Below, piece by piece: positions 1-11,039 of a stretch of DNA of 64,000 nucleotides (its first letter is position 1; each line of letters opens with the position of its first letter). The position numbers were made by a program, and so were the translations under genes. Source of the DNA: Cycas panzhihuaensis (Eukaryota > Plantae > Cycadophyta); NCBI GenBank assembly GCA_023213395.1, contig CM041465.1, forward strand, positions 208,575,741 to 208,639,740, read 5' to 3'. The notes under the pieces were generated by a model. It did no database searches and was not told the DNA's origin. It worked only from the letters and a program-made list of their open reading frames with translations.

Positions 1-475
1 AGTGCGATTTGGAGTGCAACTAGATTGTAAATATTTCAATACAAGTACAATCAGGTCGTAAGATTGCAACCTAAGTCCAACCCAAATTGCAACCCAAACC
101 CCTAATTGCAATTAAAAGATAGTTGAAGACTCATGTTCCATGTGATCATATAATAAAGCAGTTAAGTAGTTAGAATGATTAAGTGATTAATGTAACCGAA
201 TGTGATATACTTTGTATAAGTAAGTCTGATGTATGTAGCAAACATATCATAAGTTTAGGATTTTCTCTTATATCTTCTGTTGTAATGGCTTGAAGCTACA
301 ACTTGTAAACAATCGATTGTACTATTTGGCTCGTGTTTAGTTGTGAGAGGATCAGAAGCAGTGCCCTTTGCGAGTAATAAGATTTGGTTTGTATTCACAA
401 TGGTATAACTCCACCTTGTGCCTGCTTTACTGGTGTAATGTGTATAAACTGGATGTAAGATAATGCAGCAACACA
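1..475 (+). repeat. 3' part of an LTR (solo or 3' LTR) related to the element D LTR, inserted into gag of element A
   Basis: GTTGTGAGAGGATCAGAAGCAGTGCCCTTT (~340-369) matches GTTGTGAGAGGACCAGACGCAGTGCCCTTT (~56844-56873). Ends ...CAACACA at 475 and is followed directly by gag-like coding sequence. The left end is outside the window. Confidence 0.65.
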
Positions 476-480
476 AATTC

Positions 481-1870
481 TCCTAAGAGGGGAAGATAGA
501 GGAGGAATATGAGGTGGAAACCCTTAGAAAAGAGGTAGCAAGATTAAAGATGAAAACAAAAAAAAGAGGAGGAAGATAAAGGAAAGAAGAAGGGGAGAAA
601 AATTTTAAGTTGAGAAATGGTGCCATATTTGTGAAGAAGACTTTCATTCCACAAAAGAATGTGAATTGAACCCCAAAAACAATGCGATAAGAAAATAGGA
701 TAAGTGGTGTCATATATGTGACATTGACAACCACAATACCAAAGAATGTTATTTTAATCCTCAAGGGAAAAGCTATAGAGGAAGAGTTAGAGGTAGAGGT
801 GCAAACTCAACTAGGCACCTTTATGCCGCCAAAATGCACCAGAAGCATCAAAGAAAAGGGCACCCATTGGAAGATGCTTGGTGTGCTTAGAATTCGACCA
901 TTGGAAGTCTGATTGTCCAACAACCAAAGCACATGAGAAATGCCCTTTTGTGTGTAAAGATTATGGCCCAAGAAACCACCATACAAAATATTATAAAGGG
1001 AAGGATAAGGTCACAAATCTAATGACCCTAGTCCCCAGGCACAATAAAAATGTAAAGTTACAAACAAAAATCCAAATAAAGGGAAACGAGAAAGTAGCAG
1101 AGAACTACTCTAATCCAAAGATGGAAATAGATTGTTTGAAATTGCAAAGAGAGTACTAGAAGAACTGGCAAGAAAGGGGGAGGAGAAAAAGTTGCCTATG
1201 GGCAAACCTACAATGAAATATGTATACACAAGAAGGAATAAGACTAAGGAAAAAGAGTCAGCAATTCTAGAAACACCAGTACAACCACAACCGCACATAG
1301 TCCAAGCCGAAGAGCTATTTAAAGAATTACCAATGGAGGATATACTGAGAATATTGTTGTCAATGGAAAATTTAGTGAAGCAGTTGTAGCTAACCATCCC
1401 ACTTGAGCAAGTTATTGATTGGATTAAAATGGTAGTGTTGCAACATAAAGAATCCATCAAGAGCTTGAAGAAGGTGATGCCCTCTTTTGATCTTGATCTT
1501 ATAATTACTGTAACAATTTTGGGAGTAGTATTCCTTGGGGTGATTATTGATGGAGGTGCTACAGTTAACGTGCTACCCATAACAACATGGAAGATATTAG
1601 GGAGCCTAAAGTTGGAAGCAACAATGTATTTGTTGAAATTAGACAACAAATTCTTGGTAAAACGAATGGGAAAACTATCAAACGTTAAGGTGAACATAGC
1701 AGCTATTGTGGTGCTAGTTGACTTCACCATTATCGAGACGATAAAGGGCATGGTGGTCTATTTAGCATTATTGGGTCGTCCATGGTTATACAAACTACAG
1801 TGCCTTCAAAGCTAGAGGGATGTGACCTTTACATTGCAAGATGGAGGAAGTGAAGTGGTCCTTCTTATGC
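481..1870 (+). pseudogene. gag-pro: Element A gag nucleocapsid region (about 4 CCHC-type knuckles) plus aspartic protease
   Basis: WCHICEEDFHSTKEC, WCHICDIDNHNTKEC, CLVCLEFDHWKSDC, CKDYGPRNHHTKY; protease IIDGGA and LLGRPWLY in ORF 1429-1815; stops and frameshifts. Confidence 0.85.
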
Positions 1871-2639
1871 TAGGGAAAGGAAAATATTCAATCTAAATGA
1901 TTTGGACAATGCCTCCAGCACAACAATTGCCAACAATGAAATGTAATCATCTTTTGAATAGACCAATTTGTATCATGCAACAGAAGAAGCAACTAGCATG
2001 AACAAGCTGCATGAGTATGAGCCAAATCATTATGGGGAATTACATATGGATAGCTTGTCGGATGAAGAAGGTACATAGAGATTTGTGGACTATTGGATGC
2101 AGGAATCTTGTGAAGCCAAATTTTTATCCTTTTGATGTAACTTGCTTTGTACATGTACTTCTAATGACATGAATAATAACATTGACAATGTTGAGTATAC
2201 TAGTATTTTGTGCAATAGTAGCATAGGAAAAATGGTAGGGAATGTATGGATGGATGATTCTTCCATAGTTAAACAGGAATAGAAAAAATAGTGGAGTCAA
2301 ACCCTTTATCTCTAGACCTTAACTATAACCCTAACCCTAGCCTTAATCCTAAACCTTGCCCAACCTTAATTCCACCCATAACCTTCCCTCTACTTTGGAT
2401 GTGGGTTCCAAAGTAGGAATTTCGATCCAACCCTTAACCTGTCCCGAGGGAGAGAGTGACAGCTCTTCCTCATCTTCTCTACAGGTACGCCCACCAATGA
2501 TCATTCTCCATTAGAGGGTAGTACTCCTACGAATTGTGAAACTACAATGAAGGAGAATAAGTTCACTAAAAATAACCTGAGAGACTTTGGTCTAGGAGAT
2601 GGGATAACTATACCTGAGAATAGAAAATTTGGTCTCTTC

Positions 2640-3019
2640 ATTGGAGACCACGTAGCCTTATTTTTTGGAAAATAGCTATATGGAACAACTCACCTAGTCC
2701 AATGTATGGAATATTGGCTTGAGAGAAGGATAATTGACAAGACTCAATGGGATTTAGACTTTGTTTTAACCCTACGAGGGCCTACCCAGTATTGGTATTT
2801 ATCCCACCAGGCCTTGTTTTGCAATTAGGTAAATATCCATGCCTCTTTCTAATTGTGATTCGACCCTCTAAATAAATTGCCCATTCCATCATTTTTAGTA
2901 GGAGATTGTCCATTGAAACATATCTAAAAGTAAAAATTTTTTTGGAGATCTTAGAGTCTTTCCAAACAAAATTGGTGTCATTTATTTTTACCACACCCTG
3001 GGAAGATTAGGGAAACAAT
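2640..3019 (+). pseudogene. Element A: tandem capsid-like domains between protease and RT (continues at 23835-23930)
   Basis: Manual translation GDHVALFFGK*LYGTTHLVQCMEYWLERRIIDKTQWDLDFVLTLRGPTQYWYL...PIPSFLVGDCPLKH; homologous to 40400-40880 in C. Confidence 0.65.
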
Positions 3020-3043
3020 TGTTACAATAAGATATGTAATGGA

Positions 3044-3616
3044 TGTTAAACCTCATGTTTTACCTTATGTTTATATGTTAAGCTTATGTACTTTATATTT
3101 ATGTATTATGTGTGCACTTTAATGCTTATGTGCACTTTTGTACTTTATGGGTGACTTTATCACTTAAGTGATAAAGTACACACCTACTTTATGACTAGTG
3201 ACATAACGTTGTCACTTATGTGACTTGAGGGTCAAATGACCCCATTGCACTTTTGCTCATACAAGAGCTTCCAAAAGGACACATGTCCATCATCCAAGGC
3301 ATGTATCTTGGATGTTTGACACTTGTCAAACATCCAAGGCCTTAGGTCTCTCATCTCACTCTATATAATGAGACCTCTCCTTCATTGTTGCACATTCAAG
3401 AGTTGGAGCTCATTGTTATTCTATCAGTTTGCTAATCAAGCTGAAGCATTCTTTGGTTGTTGGACTAATTCCAACACCCCATACTTGGTATTGTGATCTT
3501 GCTCCTATTTCTCTTTGAGTTCTTTAAGTTCTTTGTTGTTTATGCTTAATGCATTTAATGGTATTGTGCTTTGTTAAAGATCTTGGACCTATGTGGCCAT
3601 TAGGCCCATTCTAACA
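3044..3616 (+). repeat. Copia-1 5' LTR (573 bp)
   Basis: TGTTA...TAACA termini; TATA box CTATATAA at ~3361; direct repeat of 10090-10681. Confidence 0.97.
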
Positions 3617-3618
3617 AT

Positions 3619-3630
3619 TGGTATCAGAGC
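3619..3630 (+). promoter_or_regulatory. Primer binding site, initiator tRNA-Met
   Basis: TGGTATCAGAGC two bases after the LTR. Confidence 0.95.
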
Positions 3631-5900
3631 TTATGGAAATCTTTGATGTTTGAGCTTTGATTTGTTAGCTTTAATGCTGTCCTCTGTTTTCTTGCATCCA
3701 AATTTGGACCTCCATATTTGCACTCTATCCCATTCATGCTTGTTGTCCTATCTTTGCTCTCTGTCTCTGAAATTCAGTCCAGACTGAGAAATCTTGGGGA
3801 CAGAAAATTCTCTTGCATCTATCCTTGCACTTGTCCACAGAATTCTTGAACCTGCCAAAAGGGAAAGGGGCCTGCCAGGAAGCTTCCACATCTCTTAATT
3901 GAAACTCTACCCACTAAAGGGGCCTGTTTGCTAAATTTGCTCACTGTATGCACCCCATACTTGATACAAGAGCACCAGGTGGAATCATTTCTTTGAGGGA
4001 AGCATCTGTTGATATCTTCACACAAGTTGCATAGTCTGGTTTTGCATGGCCTTCCATAAGACCTGGGATAGTGTAGGCAGTGTTGCATTGAACCCTACAC
4101 TCAGTTCTTGAACCCTGCACTGTCTGCACTTGCATTTGGCTCCCGCACCTCACACGGAACCTTCCGGAGACTGCAACCCGCACGGGGAGACGTACCTACT
4201 AGACCTGTCGACGGACAGCAAGAAGACCTGCGACTGGGCGGACGGGAGGCACGGCTCTGTCCACAGAGCACGCATGGAGGACGAAATACCCACGAAGGGT
4301 CTGCTACGGAAGCAACTTTGCTTCCAGAATCTTCCAGACAGATGCACCACGCGCTCAGACCCGCACGTCCACGGGAGATAGAGATTTCTGCACGGAAAGG
4401 GAAGCATGGAAGCTTCCGGAAGAGGGACGAGCCCGCACGGCCTCAGATTTGCGCACGGCAGCCAAACTGCCTCGAGAATTGAGCTCGCAAGGGCACGGAA
4501 AACTCACGGAGGGAGCACTCACACCTGCGCACAGTGGGGCTCGCATTAACGGAAATACGAGAGTCGATTTTTTTTACTTTGATTTTTTCTTTTGATATAA
4601 AGATTTGGCATATGAAATATGGTATGTTCTTAGAATATGCCAATTTTAATCAAAGTCTCTTTTCCTAAAGTCTCTTTTTCTTAAGAGATTTTTTTTTATT
4701 AATAAAGATTAAGAGGCTTTATTACTTAAGAGAATTTTTGATCAAGGGGGGCTTTAATGCTCTAAGTGGCCTTACGTCATTTCAGCCATTTGAAGACCAG
4801 AGATATCAAGCATTTTAATTGCCTTAAGATTTCTTTTTAATGAGATTTAATCTCATTTTTAAAGCCTTCTTTTGTGGCTCACTAAAGTACTTTTTTTTAG
4901 TACTTAAAACAATTAAAATTTTCTTGATGGAAAGAGGACTCAACGAATGACTCATGCTAGGTCATTCTCCTCTCATTAAAGTTTGATGTTGCATGATTTA
5001 AATGCTTAATAAGACTCCCTGTGAGGTGTTCTAATGAGGCAAAGTTACAAAAAACGTTGATTTTCAGCCTTTATTTTTTGCTTTTTTAAGCTCTTCTTGC
5101 ACTTTATTTAATGCTATTAAAGCATCAAAAGCTTAAATAAAGTGATCAAAAAGCATGTTCATATTGTAAAGGTGATAAATATCACCATTTGAGTTGATTT
5201 TTTGGCACCTTGCATGGTGACCTTAGCTTTCAAAAATCTCAAAAAGAAGGCTGAATTTGGTACTTAATAAAAAAATCACATTTTCTGTTGGATTGTTGAG
5301 ACTATTTTAAAGTCTCAACAACTTGCTGCTTGGAGTTCGTTTTGGCATTTGGAGCACATTGAGTACACTTGGCTAGTGGTTTCCTCACTACATCGGCTTT
5401 GGAGCGTTAAAAAGAACCCACTTCTGCTATCTTCATCAAAGGTTTTGCATCATTTTTCCACTAAGTACTCAAAAGTACTTTATTGTACTCAAGCATTCAA
5501 AGCATTTTACTTGGATCACAAAAGCACTTAATACACTTAACAAAAGTGCTCATTACTCTCATGTACTTGCTTCTTAAGAAGCCTTCATTGTAAGCTAAAT
5601 TATAGCATCAAAGCTAAGTACATAATCCAAGTAAAAATACTCTAAAAATTCACTTCAAAATTTTTTCTAAAAGTGAATTCTAAAATCTGGCTGGAGAGGC
5701 TCGAAAAAGGTTTAATCCTTGCCTCTGCTACACTTAACTTTGGACCAACTCAATAGCCGAAGTCCTCCACCCCTCATCACTCCACCAGTTGTTGGATCTT
5801 CTTGTAAAATCAGGACTGGTGGTGTTGTTAGAAGGTGGAATTTAAGCGACAAAGCTTTGAAGTTACCAAGTTATTTGTTAGCTTTTTCACAAGTGGAAAG

Positions 5901-6870
5901 ATGGCTACTATTAACATGCTCAATGCATGCACAATAAGGCTAACAGGACAAGCAAATTATCAAGAATGGAAAAGAATTACACAAAATTTCTTGATAATGA
6001 ATGAATTTTGGGGATATGTTTCTGGAAGAATCCCCAATCCTGCACTTGTTGATGATGATGAAGTTGATGTTAATTATGAACGTGTTGCTGCTTGGGAGGC
6101 CAAAGACGAGATTGCTTTGACATTTATTCATATGATTGTGGATGTACATGTAGATCAGAACATCTCTTCTGCTAAATCTTCTAAAGAAGCTTGGGACACA
6201 TTGTCCTCACTGTATGAAAGGCGAAATGAAGCTCGCATTTTGATGATAAAAGCCAAATTGTATTCTATCAAATTTGTAAAGCTAATGTCGGCATTTTTGT
6301 CCTCCATTAAGGAGGTTTGTAATGAATTGAATACTTTAGGTAGTCCTGCTACAAGGGATGAACTCATCACATCCATCACAAAAGCATTGCCAAAGGACTA
6401 CAACGACTTCATATCATCTATCACTCGAGATGGTTCACTAAAGCAAATAACATTCAATGAACTTGAAAGCTTATTGCTTCAAGAAGAATAGATTTATGCT
6501 AAGGATAATGAAGAACCATCTACACCAGGTGCTTTCACGGCCAAGGCAAAGGCCAATCAAATCTCCAAAGCTGCATTCACAAAGCAGTTTGGAAACATGA
6601 ACATTGGATCTTCTAAGTCCAATGTTGTGTGTCATTATTGTGGCAAACCTGGCCACATTGCACCTGATTGCAGAAAGAAGCAGGCGGATCTATGACGACA
6701 ACAGCAGCAGCAACAACAACCACAAGGACAAAGACAACAGCAGCCAAGGCAATAGTTTCAACAAAGATTCCAGCAGCCAGATCAGCAGCAGAATCCCCCT
6801 CGACCAAATCAAGGTGCCTATCGAGGAGGTCCAAGAGGAAAGGGGGGTCAAAGTGGTGGCTACTAATGCC
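5901..6870 (+). pseudogene. gag: Copia-1 gag (Retrotran_gag_2/UBN2-type, CCHC knuckle, Q-rich tail)
   Basis: RLTGQANYQEW...AWDTLSSLYE...LPKDYNDF; CHYCGKPGHIAPDC at ~6629-6670; several in-frame stops. Confidence 0.9.
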
Positions 6871-6899
6871 ACTTTAATCAGTTTGCCAATGAAGACAAA

Positions 6900-9800
6900 C
6901 TGCTTTATGATATCACCATCCAAGGTTGATCACACTTGGATTGTCGATTCAGAGCTTCTCAAAGATATGACAGGGAGTGAAGAACTCCTATGCAATATTA
7001 AGGAAGGTAAAGGTTAATCAGTGACCTTTGGAAATAATGAATCTGTTGAGATTTCAGGCATAGGCACTATAGCTCCTTTCCATTCTTCACAAAATCCTTC
7101 CTCATCATTTCCCAATAGTGATGCCTACTTCATTCCTTCCATGGAGAAGAATCGCTATCTCATAGCCGCTGGACAAGCAATAGATGAGCGTATTATTAAA
7201 AAAGGGGAAATGTATCATTAGTGACAAAGATGACCAGATCGTAGCTGTTGCCTATGAGGATCAAGGTCTTTACAAGTTGGATGCCAATAACATTACACTT
7301 GATTCTGCTTATTCTGGTTCCATATCTTTGTCGAAAATGCAATTATGGCATCAACGTCTAGGTCACTTAAGCCTAGATAATTTGAAGCAGATGATGAACA
7401 AAAACATGGTTTATGGACTTCCAAAGATGTATGGTTCAAAATGTCTTTGCGAAACTTGCATAATGGGGACACAACATCGGTTGCCTTTTCCTAAAGGCAA
7501 AGCATGGCGTGCATCTTATCCATTGCAGTTAATTCACTCAGACTTATGTGGACCCATGTCCACTCAATCCTTTGGAGGAGCATTGTATTACATATCTTTC
7601 ATTGATGACTTTTCTCACAAAGTCTGGGTCTACTTCATCAAGCAAAAATCAGAGGCATTCTCTAAGTTCAAAGAGTTTAAAGCTGAAGTAGAAAATGAAT
7701 CTGGCTACTCAATTGGGACATTAAGGTCAGATAATGGAGGTGAATTCACTTCAAATGAATTCAACCAATTCTGCAAGGATAATGGAATTCAGAGACAATT
7801 CACAGTTCCTCATACTCCTCAACAAAATGGAGTCTCCGAAAGGATGAACAGAACATTGGCTAATAAAGCCAAAACAATGATGCATGCGAAAGGACTTCCA
7901 AGAGCTTACTGGGCCGAAGCATTTCACACAGTAGCCTATGTGGCCAATGAGAGTCCTACTATCATAGCCACCAACATCACACCGAGGAGGCATGGATCGT
8001 AAGAAACCGACTATCGACCATTTGAGGACATTCGTGCCTTTGCATATATGCACATACCAGATCAACAAAGAACAAAGTTGGATAAACATAGTCTTAAATG
8101 CATCTTTGTAGGATATGCCATTCATAGCAAAGCCTACAAGTTGTATGATCCAGTTAGGAGAAAAATGCATCTCTCAAGAGATGTAATCTTTGTTGAGAAT
8201 GATTAGAAAGAGTTGGATGTGGCATCAATCCAACCCCCCATTGATAAAGGTAAAAAGATTGTTGAGGACTTCCCTACCTCTCAATCTTATACACCATATA
8301 CTTCATCTGGCCTCCTGTACCATCTACTTCATCTTCATCTGCTCCACTTGAACCTTCCACTTCATCTTCTGTTGATCATTCACTTAGACTAGAAGGCATT
8401 GAGGTTCATGCTACTTCTTTTCAAAAGTTACCAAAATGGTATACTCAAACGGTACAGGATGGTCATATTATTGAAGGGAAACGTCCATCTAAGTATAGGC
8501 AGCAAACAAACTTTGCACTTATGGCTGAAGTGCTTTCTATTGATGAGCCTTCTACTTTTGAAGAGGCTTCACAAAATGATAATTGGAAAGCTGCCATGGA
8601 TGAGGAGATCCATTCTATTCACAAGAATGGCACATGGGATTTGGTCGAATTGCCTCCACACAAACAGGTAATCAGTTGTAAATGGGTCTACAAGACCAAA
8701 TTTCATTCTGATGGGACACTCAAGCGTCAGAAGGCACGACTTGTAGCAAAGGGATTCAAACAAAAGGAAGGCATTGATTATGAGGAGACCTTTGCACCTG
8801 TAGCAAACATGAACACCATCAGACTCCTCATGGCCTTAGCTGCACAATGCAAATGGCCAGTTTATCAGATGGATGTGAAGAGCGCCTTTCTAAATGGCGA
8901 TCTTCAAGAGGAGGTATACTTGGAGCAACCTCCTGGTTACAAAGAACAAGGCAAGGAGCATTTAGTATGTCACCTCAAGAAGGCTTTGTATGGCTTGAAA
9001 CAAGCTCCTAGGGCATGGTATGCAAAAATCGATGAATACTTCTTAAGACATGGGTTTCATCGATCAACATCTGATCCTAACTTGTATATCAAACATGAAC
9101 AAAACCATGTCATTTATATTGCCTTGTATGTAGATGACTTAGTGATCACTGGTGATGACACTAAGCTCATCAATGTTCTCCAGGATGATTTGAAGAGAAG
9201 TTTCGAGATGACTGATCTTGGACTTCTCTATTATTTTTTAGGCTTTGAGGTATGGCAGCAGCCAGGCTATATCATCATTTCCCAAACAAAATATTCTTGG
9301 GACATCTTGCAGAGGTTCAGGATGCATTACTGCAAGACGACGCCTACACCCATGGAGAACGGAACCAAGCTTACTCTTAATGAGGAAGTTGAACCAGCAG
9401 ATCCCACTCTTTATCGACAGTTGATTGGTAGTTTGATATATCTCACCAACACTCGTTCAGACATTTCATTTGCAGTTGGGATTTGCTCTCGTTTCATGTC
9501 TCAACCCAATCAGAAGCATTGGAAAGCAGCAAAACGCATACTCAAGTACATCAAAGGTACATTGCAGCTTGGACTCGAGTATGCACATAATGAGAACTTC
9601 ACTTTGGAAGGGTTCTTTGATTCTGATTGGGCAGGATGTTAGGATAGCAAGAAGTCCACCTCGGGTTATTGTTTTACCCTTGGTTTAGTAGCTGTTTCAT
9701 GGAGTTGCAAGAAGCAACCAAATGTTACCTTGTCCTCCACTGAAGCAGAGTACAAAGCTGCAGTCAGCGCAGCTTGCGAGGCTATCTGGCTACGACGAAT

Positions 9801-10060
9801 TCTTGGTGAGCTTGGATTTCAGCAGGAGCAGCCTACCAGTATTCATTGCGACAATCAGAGTGTCCTCAAGCTAACTAAGAATCCAGTCTTCCATGCACGA
9901 ACCAAGCATATTGAAGTTCACCACCATTTCATCAGAGAGCATGTACACAGTGGTGAGATCACTCTTCAATATCGACCAACAAAGCAGTAGACGGCAGATA
10001 TCTTTACCAAGCCACTTGGTAGAGACAAATTTGTAAAATTTAGAGATGGTCTAGGGGTCT
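6900..10060 (+). pseudogene. pol: Copia-1 pol: protease, GAG-pre-integrase, integrase, RT, RNase H
   Basis: WIVDS; WHQRLGH; IHSDLCGP, LRSDNGGEF, PQQNGVSERMNRT; [25 protein letters not shown]; DSDWAG, SSTEAEY, CDNQS, HARTKHIEV. Confidence 0.95.
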
Positions 10061-10075
10061 GACTTAACATTATAA

Positions 10076-10089
10076 ACAATAAGGGGGGG
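10076..10089 (+). promoter_or_regulatory. Copia-1 polypurine tract
   Basis: ...AATAAGGGGGGG immediately before the 3' LTR. Confidence 0.9.
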
Positions 10090-10681
10090 TGTTAAACCTC
10101 ATGTTTTACCTTATGTTTATATGTTAAGCTTATGTACTTTATATTTATGTATTATGTGTGCACTTTAATGCTTATGTGCACTTTTGTACTTTATGGGTGA
10201 CTTTATCACTTAAGTGATAAAGTACACACCCACTTTATGACTAGTGACATAACGTTGTCACTTATGTGACTTGAGGGTCAAATGACCCCATTGCACTTTT
10301 GCTCACACAAGAGCTTCCAAAAGGACACATGTCCATCATCCAAGGCATGTATCTTGGATCTTTGACACTTGTCAAACATCCAAGGCCTTAGGTCTCTCAT
10401 CTCACTCTATATAATGAGACCTCTCCTTCATTGTTGCACATTCAAGAGTTGGGGCTCATTGTTATTCTATCAGTTTGCTAATCAAGCTGAAAGTATTCTT
10501 TGGTTGTTGGACTAATTCCAACACCCCATACTTGGTATTGTGATCTTGCTCCTATTTCTCTTTGAGTTCTTTGAATTCTTTGAGTTCTTTAAGTTCTTTG
10601 TTGTTTATGCTTAATGCATTTAATGGTATTGTGCTTTGTTAAAGATCTTGGACCTATGTGGCCATTAGGCCCATTCTAACG
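10090..10681 (+). repeat. Copia-1 3' LTR (592 bp; terminal CA mutated to CG; 18-bp slippage expansion)
   Basis: Direct repeat of 3044-3616, followed by TSD ATGGA. Confidence 0.97.
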
Positions 10682-11039
10682 ATGGAGCTAATAATTGATA
10701 GGATTGACTATGAAAACATTAGAAATTGATTTTAAAATTTTTTGATAAAATCTCTATTCAATAAATGTGTCGCATTACACAAGTGACTTAATAATCCTTA
10801 CTTCTCACTAAATTGCCTATTACAAATGACCTATGCATACTATATACAATAATGAACAAAATAATAGTTCTATCTATCTTAACACGTGAGGTGAGAGTCA
10901 TAACCCCTATTGACTCATCACTTCACAAAACATAAAATAATTCTAAACTAATATAATCAAAAAATTAAAGGGGAGGTCCATAACCTAAGGTTATGAATCC
11001 ATGAAATAAACATTAATATCTAACACTCCCTCTTAATGT

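Larger units (their letters stand above)
3044..10681 (+). mobile_element. Copia-1: structurally complete Ty1/Copia inserted in the 3' LTR of Copia-2
   Basis: Near-identical LTRs 3044-3616 and 10090-10681; TSD ATGGA at 3039-3043 and 10682-10686; PBS, PPT and gag-pol present. Confidence 0.97.

Noticed and set aside
1110-1751. Antisense ORFs opposite gag/protease (also 56905-57510 and 58566-59027)
   Set aside because: Shadows of purine-rich coding strands; no domain motifs.
3819-4643. Overlapping 60-124 aa ORFs in the Copia-1 leader
   Set aside because: Expected in a GC-rich patch; no recognisable motifs, and present in many frames.
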